64,000 nucleotides of DNA from an uncultured Flavobacteriaceae bacterium (GTDB lineage Bacteria; Bacteroidota; Bacteroidia; Flavobacteriales; Flavobacteriaceae). Below the pieces are notes generated by a model, which did no database searches, was not told the DNA's origin, and was given only the letters and a program-made list of their open reading frames with translations. The translations under genes were made by a program, and so were the position numbers. The stretch covers positions 5,017-69,016 of the forward strand of contig CAJQQG010000013.1 in NCBI GenBank assembly GCA_905480425.1, written 5' to 3'. Shown piece after piece: positions 1 to 9,845 of this stretch. The first letter of the stretch is position 1, and every line of letters starts with the position of its first letter.

Positions 1-987
1 AGCTCTATAGCCTGCAGATTCTCCTACATAACAGGAACTAGCCATGTATCCTAATTTTTCTTTAATAGCTCCAAACTGAGCAATAGGAGTGTTAAACTGA
101 ATACGTTCATTTGCATATTTAACTGAAGCTGAAATAACTCTTCTTTGAGCATCTAAACATGCGATTCCTAATTTAATTCGGCCCACATTTAAGGCATTCA
201 TAGCAATTTTAAATCCTTCGCCACGTCCTGCTAGCATTTGATCAACGGGAACTTTAGTTTCACTGAAAAATACTTGGCGAGTTGAGGAAGCGTGTATTCC
301 AAGTTTATTTTCTTCGTCTCCCATAGTTATTCCATTCGAAGGATCATTTGGAACAATAAAACCAGTAATATTTTTATCATTTTCTATTCTTGCAAATACA
401 ATTAAAACACTTGCAAATCCTGCATTTGAAATCCACATTTTTTGTCCTGTAATAGAATAATGGGTTCCATCTTCTGATAAAACTGCTTTTGTTTTTCCAG
501 AATTTGCGTCTGAACCAGCTCCTGGCTCGGTTAAGCAATAAGAACCAAACCATTCACCTGTTACAAGTTTTGTAACATATTTCTTCTTCTGTTCTTCTGT
601 TCCGTATATTGAAATAGGAAGTGTTCCTATTCCAGTATGTGCTCCAAAAGCTGTTGACAATGATCCAGTAGCACCAGATATATAATCACATACAAGCATA
701 GTTGACACAAAATCCATACCTAAGCCACCATAAACTTCAGGGACTGAAACACCTAAAAATCCCATTTCACCAATTTTTTTCATTAATTCTTCGGTGAATG
801 CATAATCCTTTTTTTCAAAACGTTCCTTGTTAGGCCATACTTCACGATCTATGAATTCTTGTACAGCTTCTTTCATCATGAGTTGTTCTTCTGAAAAATC
901 TTCAGGAGTAAATACTTCGTCTGGTTGAGGGTTGTCAGTAATAAAACTCCCTCCTTTAATCCAGATTTGCTCTTTTAATTCTTGCAT
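1..987 (-). CDS. acyl-CoA dehydrogenase (N-terminal 329 codons; C-terminus runs off the window start)
   Basis: Not in the ORF track because there is no stop in the window. My reverse translation from ATG 987-985 gives MQELKEQIWIKGG...MGFLGVSVPEVYGGLGMDF...GEWFGSYCLTEPGAGSDANSGKTKA...KMWISNAGFA...GEGFKIAMNALNVGRIKLG, typical ACAD N-terminal and middle-domain motifs. Confidence 0.85.
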   Translation of the reverse strand, partial: MQELKEQIWIKGGSFITDNPQPDEVFTPEDFSEEQLMMKEAVQEFIDREVWPNKERFEKKDYAFTEELMKKIGEMGFLGVSVPEVYGGLGMDFVSTMLVCDYISGATGSLSTAFGAHTGIGTLPISIYGTEEQKKKYVTKLVTGEWFGSYCLTEPGAGSDANSGKTKAVLSEDGTHYSITGQKMWISNAGFASVLIVFARIENDKNITGFIVPNDPSNGITMGDEENKLGIHASSTRQVFFSETKVPVDQMLAGRGEGFKIAMNALNVGRIKLGIACLDAQRRVISASVKYANERIQFNTPIAQFGAIKEKLGYMASSCYVGESAGYRA

Positions 988-998
988 TTTTGTGTTTT

Positions 999-1451
999 TT
1001 AAATTTGTTTTAGTGTGTCTTCTTTAAAATATTCAAACCGAAGTGTTGTTTCTCTAATACCTTCAATTACTTCAAAAAAATGTTTTACTTTTTGAGTAGA
1101 TAACTTGTTGTTTAATTCTTCATTAAAGTTTAATACGACAGCTTTTGAATCCTCTCTTTTTTGTCTCCCAAAAGGGGTAAGGTGAATGAGAACACTACGG
1201 CCATCATTTGGATTTTTTGACCTAATTATTAATTCTCTTTTTTCCATTGCATTTAATAAACGTGACAAACTAGTTGGCTCCATACCCATTTTGGGACCTA
1301 AGTTTGTAGAGGGTGTGCCTTCTGGATCAATGCTAAGTAAAGCAAAACCAGTAGCCATTGTTGAATCAAATTTCGAGGCCTCTTTATTATACATTCTACT
1401 AACTAGTTGCCAGGTTGATCGTAACGCACTATCAAATGTTTCATGTTTCAT
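999..1451 (-). CDS. MarR-family transcriptional regulator
   Basis: Small winged-helix protein (..LGPKMGMEPTSLSRLLNAMEKRELIIRSKNPNDGRSVLIHLTPFG..). It lies 11 nt upstream of the acyl-CoA dehydrogenase on the same strand. The ORF track starts at TTG 1460; I prefer the in-frame ATG at 1451 (MKHETF). Confidence 0.8.
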   Translation of the reverse strand: MKHETFDSALRSTWQLVSRMYNKEASKFDSTMATGFALLSIDPEGTPSTNLGPKMGMEPTSLSRLLNAMEKRELIIRSKNPNDGRSVLIHLTPFGRQKREDSKAVVLNFNEELNNKLSTQKVKHFFEVIEGIRETTLRFEYFKEDTLKQI

Positions 1452-1470
1452 AAATTTCAAATATATAAAA

Positions 1471-1494
1471 TTTTACTATGCACGCATAGTAAAA
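1471..1494. promoter_or_regulatory. candidate MarR operator: 11-bp perfect inverted repeat TTTTACTATGC-ac-GCATAGTAAAA
   Basis: Read directly from the sequence. The repeat sits about 20-43 nt upstream of the MarR start, the usual position for MarR autoregulatory palindromes. Confidence 0.45.
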
Positions 1495-1519
1495 CATATT
1501 ATTTTATAAAAGAAATAAT

Positions 1520-1550
1520 AAAAAACCGTCTTTTAAATATTAAAAGACGG
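1520..1550 (-). terminator. rho-independent terminator after the fatty-acid-CoA ligase gene
   Basis: CCGTCTTTTAA / TTAAAAGACGG stem (1526-1550) preceded by A6 on the + strand, which is a T-run on the - strand. It lies 40 nt downstream of the stop at 1590. Confidence 0.7.
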
Positions 1551-1589
1551 ATTATGAATAAATTTTTTTATTTGGACGGAATAAATACT

Positions 1590-3359
1590 CTATGAGGAAT
1601 ACATTTTTTCAATAAGAGCAATATATTTTTCCTTAACAACTTTACGTTTAAGTTTCATAGTAGGAGTAAGATGACCTGCATCAATAGACCATTCTTCAGG
1701 AACAAGTTCAAATTTTTTGATACGTTCCCAAGACCCAAATTTCTCATTATAATTTTCTATTTCTTTTTGTAACGCTTTTAAAAGTGATTCTTCTTTGCAA
1801 GCTTCTTCTAATGATTTTGATGGTGTTCCATTGTCAGCAAGCCATTTCATTACATATTCAATATTAGGTTGAATTAATGCTGTTGGCATTTTCCTTCCAT
1901 CACCCACAACCATAATTTGTTCAATAAAAAGTGATTGCTTCATTATATTTTCAATAACCTGAGGTGAAATATATTTTCCTCCGGATGTTTTAAACATTTC
2001 TTTTTTACGATCTGTAATTTTCAAAAAGCCTTGTTTATCTATTTCTCCAATATCTCCTGTGTGAAAATAATCATCGGTCATGACTTCAGCTGTTTTTTCA
2101 AGATCCTTATAATACCCCATCATAATATTTGGCCCTTTACATAGAATTTCACCGTCTTTAGCAATTTTAACATGTACACCATCAATTATCTGCCCAACGC
2201 TTCCGATTTTAAATTTATTTTTCCGCATATCGTTTACTGAAATAACAGGAGAGGTTTCTGTCAATCCATATCCTTCTACTAGAGTCATTCCGGCTGCCGT
2301 AAATATTCTTGCAAGTCTAGGCTGAAGAGCTGCGCTACCTGAGGCAATAAGTTCTAAATTTCCGCCTAAGGCTTCTTTCCATTTTGATAAAATAAGTTTT
2401 TTAGCAATTTTAAGTTTAAACTCATACCAAGCACCATTTTCACCATAAGGTTCATATTGTAATCCTAAATCAACTGCCCAATAAAATAGTTTTTGTTTAA
2501 TACCAGTAAGTTCAGCACCACGAGCATATATCTTATCGTACACTTTTTCAAGTAAGCGGGGAACCGCTGTCATTACGTTAGGCTTAATCTCTCTGAGGTT
2601 GTCTGCAATCTTTTCAAGTGATTCAGCATAATATACAGACACACTATTTTGCATATAGATATATAGAATTACCCTCTCAAAAATATGGCAAATAGGAAGA
2701 AAACTTAAAGCAGAGGCTTGACCAATATTTAATGGGAGTCTTTTTGAGCTTGAGATCACATTGGAGACTACATTATCATGACTTAGCATAACACCCTTTG
2801 GTATTCCCGTGGTTCCAGAGGTATAGATAATGGTAGCTAAATCTTCTGGAGCTACTGCTATTTTTCTTTCTTCAAGAACAGTATCATGTTCTGAGGAAGT
2901 TCCCAATTCTATTAATTCTTTCCAGTTTGAACAGCCTTTGATGGAGTCAAAACTATATACTTTTTTTAATGACTTTACTTTGTCTTTTATTGCGATTACT
3001 TTATCATAAACCTCTTGGTCAGAAACAAAACAATACTCACTCTCCGAATGGTTAAGGATGTATTCATAGTCTTCTGAGGAAATAGTTGGATAAATAGGAA
3101 CATTTACAGCACCAATAGTCAATAGACCAATATCTACGATGTTCCATTCAGTTCTATTTGTAGATGAAATCATGGCAATTTTATCTTGCGCTTCAATTCC
3201 TAGGGATATTAGTGCCCGACTTACTTTTTTAGCTTGATCACAAAACTCTTCTGTAGAGATACTGGTCCATATCCCGTTATATTTTGTGGTAAAGGCTTTT
3301 TTTAATGGAGCGTTCTTTCTTTGATGTTCTATAAAATCGAATAATCTAGTTGGTGTCAT
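1590..3359 (-). CDS. long-chain-fatty-acid--CoA ligase (AMP-dependent synthetase/ligase)
   Basis: 589 aa with the AMP-binding motif IIYTSGTTGIPKGVMLSH, plus GYGLTETSP and the TGDIGEIDKQGFLKITDRKKEMFKTSGGKYISP core. Confidence 0.9.
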   Translation of the reverse strand: MTPTRLFDFIEHQRKNAPLKKAFTTKYNGIWTSISTEEFCDQAKKVSRALISLGIEAQDKIAMISSTNRTEWNIVDIGLLTIGAVNVPIYPTISSEDYEYILNHSESEYCFVSDQEVYDKVIAIKDKVKSLKKVYSFDSIKGCSNWKELIELGTSSEHDTVLEERKIAVAPEDLATIIYTSGTTGIPKGVMLSHDNVVSNVISSSKRLPLNIGQASALSFLPICHIFERVILYIYMQNSVSVYYAESLEKIADNLREIKPNVMTAVPRLLEKVYDKIYARGAELTGIKQKLFYWAVDLGLQYEPYGENGAWYEFKLKIAKKLILSKWKEALGGNLELIASGSAALQPRLARIFTAAGMTLVEGYGLTETSPVISVNDMRKNKFKIGSVGQIIDGVHVKIAKDGEILCKGPNIMMGYYKDLEKTAEVMTDDYFHTGDIGEIDKQGFLKITDRKKEMFKTSGGKYISPQVIENIMKQSLFIEQIMVVGDGRKMPTALIQPNIEYVMKWLADNGTPSKSLEEACKEESLLKALQKEIENYNEKFGSWERIKKFELVPEEWSIDAGHLTPTMKLKRKVVKEKYIALIEKMYSS

Positions 3360-3408
3360 AATATCTATTATAGATGCAAAATAAGAAATATTTTAAACAC
3401 TTTGTTGA

Positions 3409-6400
3409 TTATTTATCAAGCCAATCATAAGCATTTTCAAATGCCATCAGCCAGGGACTAACTTTGTCTTTATGATTTTCAGGATAATAACCCCAATTCC
3501 AGGGAAAGGTAGAGCGCTCTAGGTGGGGCATCATTACCAAATGTCTCCCATCTTGTGAGCTAAGCATAGCCGCATTATAATCGGATCCATTGGGGTTGGC
3601 AGGGTAGCTATCGAAATGATAGGTAGCAGGTATTTGATAAGAAGCTTCTTGTTTTGGAAAATGAAATTTTCCTTCTCCGTGAGCTGCCCAAATTCCTAAT
3701 CGACTTCCCTCAAGTCCTTTTAGCATAATTGCAGATGATTTTTTAATATTTACGGCAGTAAAGTGACATTCAAATTTCCCTGATTCATTATGAAGCATTT
3801 TAGGTTTTTCCTCGTGTTCAGGTGTCAATAGCCCGAGTGTTACAAACAATTGACATCCATTACAAACCCCTATCGAAAGAGTATCTTCACGTTTAAAAAA
3901 ATTATCTAAACTTATTTTCGCTTTTTCGTTGTATAAAAAAGAACCAGCCCATCCTTTGGCGGAGCCTAAAACGTCAGAATTAGAAAATCCTCCTACTGCA
4001 GCAATAAACTGAATGTCCTCTAGTGTTTCTCTGCCCGTTATTAAGTCTGTCATATGCACATCAATTACTTCAAAACCGGCAAGTTGAAGTGCATATGCCA
4101 TTTCACGTTCAGAATTACTTCCCTGTTCCCTAATTACAGCAGCTTTAATTTTCTTGGATTTAATTTTATTTTTTGGTGAACCTGAAAATTGTTCAGGGAA
4201 TACGTAGGTTAACGCTTGATTTTTATAGTTTTTAAACCGTTCTTGAGCGAGTCCTCTTAGGGTTTGATTGGCGTCTAATGCAACAGAGGTAGAATACCAG
4301 ACATCTCGTAAAGTTATTACATCAAATTCATGTCTAGCAGTATAATAAGTTAGTTCAATCTTTTGATTTTCAGTAGTAGATCCAATTTTATTACAAGTTA
4401 TTCCATGCTGTCCAAGAAGCATTTTCAAATCATGGTTTGACTGGAGTATAATACCACTGTTTTCAGAAAAAAGAAGAGTAATTATATCTGGAGATTTAAG
4501 GCTTGTTAGATCAAGATTCATTCCAGCAGTAACCGTTGGAAAACACATTTCGAGAAGAGTTGTGATTATCCCTCCAGAAGAAATATCGTGCCCTGCACTT
4601 ATTTTATTTTCACCAATAAATTTTTGAATTAAATTAAAAGAGCGTTTGAAGTAATCTGGATCTGAAATAGTTGAAGTTTCAGATCCTATTTTATTTTGTG
4701 TTTGAGCAAAAGAAGAACCACCTAGTGAAAAAGGTCCTCCAGATAAATCAAGATAAAAAAGATCGCCTCCTTTTTCTTTGAGATCTGGAGTAACAACCTT
4801 TGTAATATCAGAACAAGGAGCGCCTGCCGAAATAATCACAGTTCCAGGGGCGGTAACTTTTCCTTGTTTATATTCTTGTTTCATGGAAAGTGAATCTTTC
4901 CCAGTGGGAATATTAATCCCTAGAGCTATCGCAAAGTCAGAACAAGCCTCTACGGCATCGTAAAGGCGAGCATCTTCTCCTGGATTATTACAAGCCCACA
5001 TCCAGTTAGCAGAGAGACTTACTGAGCTAAGACCCCCTAATATAGGAGCCCAAATTATATTAGTTAAACTTTCTGCAATTGCTAAAACACTTCCTTTTGC
5101 TGGATCAATAAGTCCAGGGATGGGGGCGTGACCAATTGCGGTAGCGATTCCCTTCTTTCCTTTATAATCCAATGCAACTACCCCACAATTACTTAATGGA
5201 ATCTGGAGTTCTCCCACCGTTTGTTGTTGGGCAACACGCCCGCTAACGCATCGGTCAACTTTGTTTGTTAACCAATCTTTACAAGCAACCGCTTCAAGAC
5301 TAAGTACTTTTTCTAGATAACTATGTAATAGCTTTTCATCCAAAGCAATTGATTCAAAATTTATTTTTTGATGCTTGTCTTTCATAATGGTTTTGGGAGA
5401 ACTACCAAACAAAGCATCTAAATGAAGATCTATGGGCTTACATTCATTTTTATCATCAATAAAAACAAACTGATGGTCTTCAGTTACAGACCCAACAATA
5501 TAAATAGGTGCTCGTTCTCTGGCTGCTATTCTTTGAAGAAATGCTTGATCTTTCGGATTTATTATGAGCCCCATTCGTTCTTGGGATTCATTGCCAATAA
5601 TTTCTTTAGAAGAAAGGGTAGGATCTCCAACAGGGAGTTGGTTTATATATATAGTTCCTCCGGTTTCCTCTACCAATTCAGACAGACAATTTAAATGTCC
5701 TCCTGCTCCATGGTCATGAATAGACACGATTGGATTTTCTCCTGTTTCTACGAGGGCACGAATCGTGTTAGCTACTCTTTTTTGCATTTCCGGATTGGAA
5801 CGCTGTACCGCATTTAGCTCTATGGAATTATCAAGAGTACCAGTATTAACAGAAGAAACAGCTGCACCTCCCATTCCAATTCTGTAGTTATCACCTCCTA
5901 AAATAATAATAAGGTCCCCTGCGGTGGGTTTTTCTTTTAATGCTTGATTTGCAATTCCCATTCCAACACCTCCTGCTAACATAATTACTTTGTCATAGCC
6001 CCATTGCATTTCTTTTTCTTGGTGCTCAAAGGTGAGCAATGATCCTGCAATTAGTGGTTGTCCAAATTTATTTCCAAAATCAGAAGCTCCATTTGAAGCT
6101 TTAATTAAAATATCAAGAGGTGTCTGGTAACGCCAAGGGCGTTCTGGAAATGCATTTTCCCAGGTTCTATTATTTGATACCCTAGAGTAAGGAGTCATAT
6201 AAACAGCGGTTCCTGCAAGAGGTATAGAACCTTGACCGCCTGCTAAACGATCTCTAATTTCACCTCCAGATCCTGTAGCTGCACCATTAAAAGGTTCTAC
6301 AGTAGTTGGAAAATTATGTGTTTCTGCTTTTAGCGAAATGATGCTTTTCACCTCTTTAGTAATATAGCTACTAGGCATGTCAGGTTTGCTTGGAGCAAAT

Positions 6401-7056
6401 TGCTCAATAGTAACTCCTTTCACAAATGCTACATTGTCTTTGTAGGCAGAAACAATGGTGTTAGGATGTGCCTTAGATGTTTTTTTGATTAGCTTAAAAA
6501 GACTATCAGGTTTCGTTTCACCATCAATAATAAAGGTTCCATTAAAGATTTTATGACGACAGTGTTCAGAGTTCACTTGAGAAAAACCAAATACTTCAGA
6601 ATCGGTGAGCGATCTTTTTAAATCAATTGATAAAGACTCTAAATAATTCACTTCCTCTAAATTTAAAGACAAGCCTTCTTTTTTGTTGTAGGTGCTAATA
6701 TCTTTAATCTCAATAACAGATTCGGGATCTATATTAACATCGAAAATTGTCGTTGAAAGCCCCTCGTACTTTTCAAAAAGCATTGGGTCAAATTGATTGT
6801 AGTTTTGAGAGGGGGTAAATTGTTCAATTCTAATGATACCTTGAATCCCCATATTTTGAGTAATTTCAACAGCGTTCGTACTCCATGGAGTTATCATTGT
6901 TGCACGAGGCCCAATAAATCTGCCAGAAATTGATTCTTTATCTAACCAAGGAGCATCTAATAGCCAAGCTATTTTTTTAATTGCTACATCTTCAAGTTTT
7001 GTTTCGATTTGCAGCGCAGTAATAGGATTTTTTGGTTTACCAAAAAACAGGATCAT
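3409..7056 (-). CDS. purL: phosphoribosylformylglycinamidine synthase, single-chain large type
   Basis: 1215 aa with FGAM synthase AIR-synthase-like repeats (SEHCRHKIFN, ETHNFPT, DHGAGG) and a C-terminal glutaminase domain (GVCNGCQ...HGEG). Confidence 0.95.
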   Translation of the reverse strand: MILFFGKPKNPITALQIETKLEDVAIKKIAWLLDAPWLDKESISGRFIGPRATMITPWSTNAVEITQNMGIQGIIRIEQFTPSQNYNQFDPMLFEKYEGLSTTIFDVNIDPESVIEIKDISTYNKKEGLSLNLEEVNYLESLSIDLKRSLTDSEVFGFSQVNSEHCRHKIFNGTFIIDGETKPDSLFKLIKKTSKAHPNTIVSAYKDNVAFVKGVTIEQFAPSKPDMPSSYITKEVKSIISLKAETHNFPTTVEPFNGAATGSGGEIRDRLAGGQGSIPLAGTAVYMTPYSRVSNNRTWENAFPERPWRYQTPLDILIKASNGASDFGNKFGQPLIAGSLLTFEHQEKEMQWGYDKVIMLAGGVGMGIANQALKEKPTAGDLIIILGGDNYRIGMGGAAVSSVNTGTLDNSIELNAVQRSNPEMQKRVANTIRALVETGENPIVSIHDHGAGGHLNCLSELVEETGGTIYINQLPVGDPTLSSKEIIGNESQERMGLIINPKDQAFLQRIAARERAPIYIVGSVTEDHQFVFIDDKNECKPIDLHLDALFGSSPKTIMKDKHQKINFESIALDEKLLHSYLEKVLSLEAVACKDWLTNKVDRCVSGRVAQQQTVGELQIPLSNCGVVALDYKGKKGIATAIGHAPIPGLIDPAKGSVLAIAESLTNIIWAPILGGLSSVSLSANWMWACNNPGEDARLYDAVEACSDFAIALGINIPTGKDSLSMKQEYKQGKVTAPGTVIISAGAPCSDITKVVTPDLKEKGGDLFYLDLSGGPFSLGGSSFAQTQNKIGSETSTISDPDYFKRSFNLIQKFIGENKISAGHDISSGGIITTLLEMCFPTVTAGMNLDLTSLKSPDIITLLFSENSGIILQSNHDLKMLLGQHGITCNKIGSTTENQKIELTYYTARHEFDVITLRDVWYSTSVALDANQTLRGLAQERFKNYKNQALTYVFPEQFSGSPKNKIKSKKIKAAVIREQGSNSEREMAYALQLAGFEVIDVHMTDLITGRETLEDIQFIAAVGGFSNSDVLGSAKGWAGSFLYNEKAKISLDNFFKREDTLSIGVCNGCQLFVTLGLLTPEHEEKPKMLHNESGKFECHFTAVNIKKSSAIMLKGLEGSRLGIWAAHGEGKFHFPKQEASYQIPATYHFDSYPANPNGSDYNAAMLSSQDGRHLVMMPHLERSTFPWNWGYYPENHKDKVSPWLMAFENAYDWLDK

Positions 7057-7143
7057 AAGCTTAAAATTGTATGGTAAAAATAATTTATTTTGTACCGTAA
7101 TTCATCCTCAATCTTTAACCTTTTTACCTTATTTATTCACAGG

Positions 7144-8355
7144 TTATTGAGCAATTAAACGAGCAATATAAAACCCATCAAAACCTGTTTTATGAGCCAA
7201 ATAAGTTTTTTCCTTTTCTAATGAAAACCGTTTTCCTTCAGGGGTTTTTAAAAAGGCTTCAATTTGAGATTCATTTTCTTGTTTTAAAATAGAGCAAGTT
7301 GCGTAAACTAATGCTCCTCCCTTCTTAACAAGAGATGCATTTTTTTTTATAATTTTTTGTTGAAGAAACGCTAATGATTCAATTTTATTAAGATTCATAT
7401 GCCATTTTGCAGCTGGATTACGACGTAGCACCCCCAATCCGCTACAAGGAGCATCAACTAAAACAACGTCAGCTTTATTCATGTTTAACTTAAAAATTTC
7501 AAGTTTTTCAGAACTGTGAGTTTGAATAATATTTACTCGATTACGATTTGCACGTTTCACTAATTGTGTTAGTTTTTCATCATAATTATCAAGCGCAATT
7601 ATATTCCCCTTATTTTCCATAAGTGTGGCCATGTGCAAAGTTTTACCACCAGCTCCTGCACATGCATCAATTACCTTCATTCCAGGCTTTGGGTCTGCCC
7701 ATTGAGCTACTAATTGTGAATTTGCATCTTGGATTTCAAAAAACCCCTTTTTGTAGGGGTCAAGATCGGTGATTTTATAATGCTCTTTGAGAAGTAAAGC
7801 ACTTGGATAACCTTTTATTTTTGAGGCTTGAATCTCAAATTTATTATTTAATATTTTAATTAGTTTCTCTGGTGTAGTTTTTAGATCATTTACTCTAATA
7901 ACTAGTGGAGCAATTGTATTTAAGACTTTAATTTCTTTTTCCCACTCTGCTTCCCCAAATGTTTCAACGGCACTCTCATCTAACCAATCTGGTATAGAGT
8001 GTCTGATTTTTCTTTCGTTTGTTTTTAGATCAAGTGGAAGACTGATGGCAAGTTTTTCAAGGCCTTTTAACTCTTCCCAATTAGGTAGTTCTTCTCCCTT
8101 AAGCAAAAGCCATACACCAAGTAGTTTCCAGTTATAATGAGTATTGTTTTCCTTAATTTCACCTAAGTAAGCATAGGTTCTTTTCCAGCGAATACAGTCG
8201 AGAAGAATTTGGCCTAAAAGACGTCGGTCTCTTGAGCCCCATTTGCGATTCTGCTTTAAAAGGCGAGATAGTTCTATTCGAAGCGCAACTTTATCTGTAA
8301 AAATATGCTGAAGCCCTTCAACGATTCCCAATGCTAAATTTCTGTGTAATTTCAT
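7144..8355 (-). CDS. RsmB/NOL1/NOP2/Sun-family RNA (cytosine-C5)-methyltransferase
   Basis: SAM-binding DACAGAGGKT, catalytic-Cys motifs DAPCSGLGVLRRNP and YATCSI, and an N-terminal NusB-like region. Confidence 0.8.
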   Translation of the reverse strand: MKLHRNLALGIVEGLQHIFTDKVALRIELSRLLKQNRKWGSRDRRLLGQILLDCIRWKRTYAYLGEIKENNTHYNWKLLGVWLLLKGEELPNWEELKGLEKLAISLPLDLKTNERKIRHSIPDWLDESAVETFGEAEWEKEIKVLNTIAPLVIRVNDLKTTPEKLIKILNNKFEIQASKIKGYPSALLLKEHYKITDLDPYKKGFFEIQDANSQLVAQWADPKPGMKVIDACAGAGGKTLHMATLMENKGNIIALDNYDEKLTQLVKRANRNRVNIIQTHSSEKLEIFKLNMNKADVVLVDAPCSGLGVLRRNPAAKWHMNLNKIESLAFLQQKIIKKNASLVKKGGALVYATCSILKQENESQIEAFLKTPEGKRFSLEKEKTYLAHKTGFDGFYIARLIAQ

Positions 8356-8373
8356 CGGGTCAAAGGTATTCTT

Positions 8374-8850
8374 TTATTCTTTCTTTTTTTTCACTTCTTT
8401 TTTCTTGTCACGATCTCTAATACGCTTAAACATTTCTTGATCAAAACGTTGTTCTTGCGAAAGAAAATTTAAAACCTCTTTCGTTCTGATTTTATTCAGC
8501 ATTTTTTGATTTCGTTCGTTTTTTATTGTGAGTCCAAGTTTTTCAAGTTCATGATATTCAGTAATGTATTTAGAAGCACTTTGTGATTTGATAGTGTCAA
8601 AAGATTCTTCAACTTGTTTTTTTATTTGACGTTCTTTAGTCCATACCTTATTATGATATTCATCTTCATAAGTATTGAAAATACAATGAAAATGTTCTTC
8701 CTCATCGGGAGTTAATTCTAAGTTATCTAAAATAAAATTTAACTTCCACTCTTTAAATTTTTCGTGCCTAGAATTTTCGTCTTGAGCCAGTCCTGACAAA
8801 GAAAAAACAAAAATAAAAAAGGTCAGAAAAAAAAAATAAGATTTTTTCAT
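8374..8850 (-). CDS. secreted Lys/Glu-rich helical protein, third gene of the ECF sigma module (function unknown)
   Basis: N-terminal signal peptide (MKKSYFFFLTFFIFVFSLSGLAQ) and a charged helical body with a K-rich tail. It starts 3 nt after the putative anti-sigma gene. Confidence 0.5.
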   Translation of the reverse strand: MKKSYFFFLTFFIFVFSLSGLAQDENSRHEKFKEWKLNFILDNLELTPDEEEHFHCIFNTYEDEYHNKVWTKERQIKKQVEESFDTIKSQSASKYITEYHELEKLGLTIKNERNQKMLNKIRTKEVLNFLSQEQRFDQEMFKRIRDRDKKKEVKKKKE

Positions 8851-8853
8851 GTT

Positions 8854-9264
8854 TTAACGTTTTAAGCTTGAATTTATAATTTTTTCAATTTCAGAATTTT
8901 CAATCATAGAAAGCATTTCGTAACTATCTAAATCTTCAAGGTAGTAACTTTCTAAATAATCATTAAATGCCTGATCTTCAGTAATTTTTTTTGGGACTTC
9001 AAAAGTGTTTAAAATGAATAGAATTGACAATGAAGCTGCAATACTAGTAAAGCTTATTATAATTTTCCTAACGTTAGACAATGATTTTTTTTCAGGATAT
9101 ATTTCTTTTAAGATCTCTTTTTCTAGGGTATTAAAATAGTCTTTAGGGATAGATAAGTTATTTTTCACACTAGTATTTTTTGTATTTTCAATAAGTAAAT
9201 ATTCGAGTTCTTGAAAATAATTTTCGGGTATCTTAAATGGATTATTTTTGTTAAAATTAGTCAT
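8854..9264 (-). CDS. putative membrane-anchored anti-sigma factor
   Basis: 136 aa with a single central TM segment (IIISFTSIAASLSILFIL). It overlaps the ECF sigma gene stop by 8 nt. The call rests on context only. Confidence 0.45.
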   Translation of the reverse strand: MTNFNKNNPFKIPENYFQELEYLLIENTKNTSVKNNLSIPKDYFNTLEKEILKEIYPEKKSLSNVRKIIISFTSIAASLSILFILNTFEVPKKITEDQAFNDYLESYYLEDLDSYEMLSMIENSEIEKIINSSLKR

Positions 9265-9799
9265 TAAGTTTATTTTTAATTTTCCTCACCGCATGGTGGT
9301 ATGAAGCTTTTAGTGCTCCGATACTTGTATCAAGTATTTCTGAAATAACTTGATATGTCATTCCGTCAAAATATCTCATATTAAAAACAATTCGCTGTTT
9401 TTCTGGAAGTTTAGCAACTTCTTTTTGTAAAAAAAAAGCGGCTTCATCACCATCAAAGTATGGATCTGCAGTTAATTGATCAGCTTTAGCCTCTATCCAT
9501 TCTTGATTTTGGAGCCCCATTTTTGAGCTTTTACTGTTTATGAAGTTTATTGCTTCATTCGTTGCAATACGATACATCCAAGTATAAAGAGTACTATTAC
9601 CCTTAAATTTTTCAATATTTAAATGAATTTTAATAAAGGTATTTTGCACTACATCATTTGCATCATCATGATCAAGAACTAGCTTTCTAATGTGCCAATA
9701 TAAACGTTCTTTATATTCACTAACTAAACGTTTGAAGGCTTCTTCACGCGTTTCAGGTTCCTTTAAGGAGTTTACGAATAATGATTGTTGAATTTCCAC
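9257..9799 (-). CDS. ECF-type RNA polymerase sigma-70 factor
   Basis: Region 2 (DANDVVQNTFIKIHLNIEKFKGNSTLYTWMYRIATNEAINF) and region 4 (RIVFNMRYFDGMTYQVISEILDTSIGALKASYHHAVRKIK). The apparent start is GTG. Confidence 0.85.
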   Translation of the reverse strand: MEIQQSLFVNSLKEPETREEAFKRLVSEYKERLYWHIRKLVLDHDDANDVVQNTFIKIHLNIEKFKGNSTLYTWMYRIATNEAINFINSKSSKMGLQNQEWIEAKADQLTADPYFDGDEAAFFLQKEVAKLPEKQRIVFNMRYFDGMTYQVISEILDTSIGALKASYHHAVRKIKNKLND

Positions 9800-9845
9800 G
9801 TTTAATTACTATTTCAATCTTTTGACAACAACTAACGCAAAAAGT

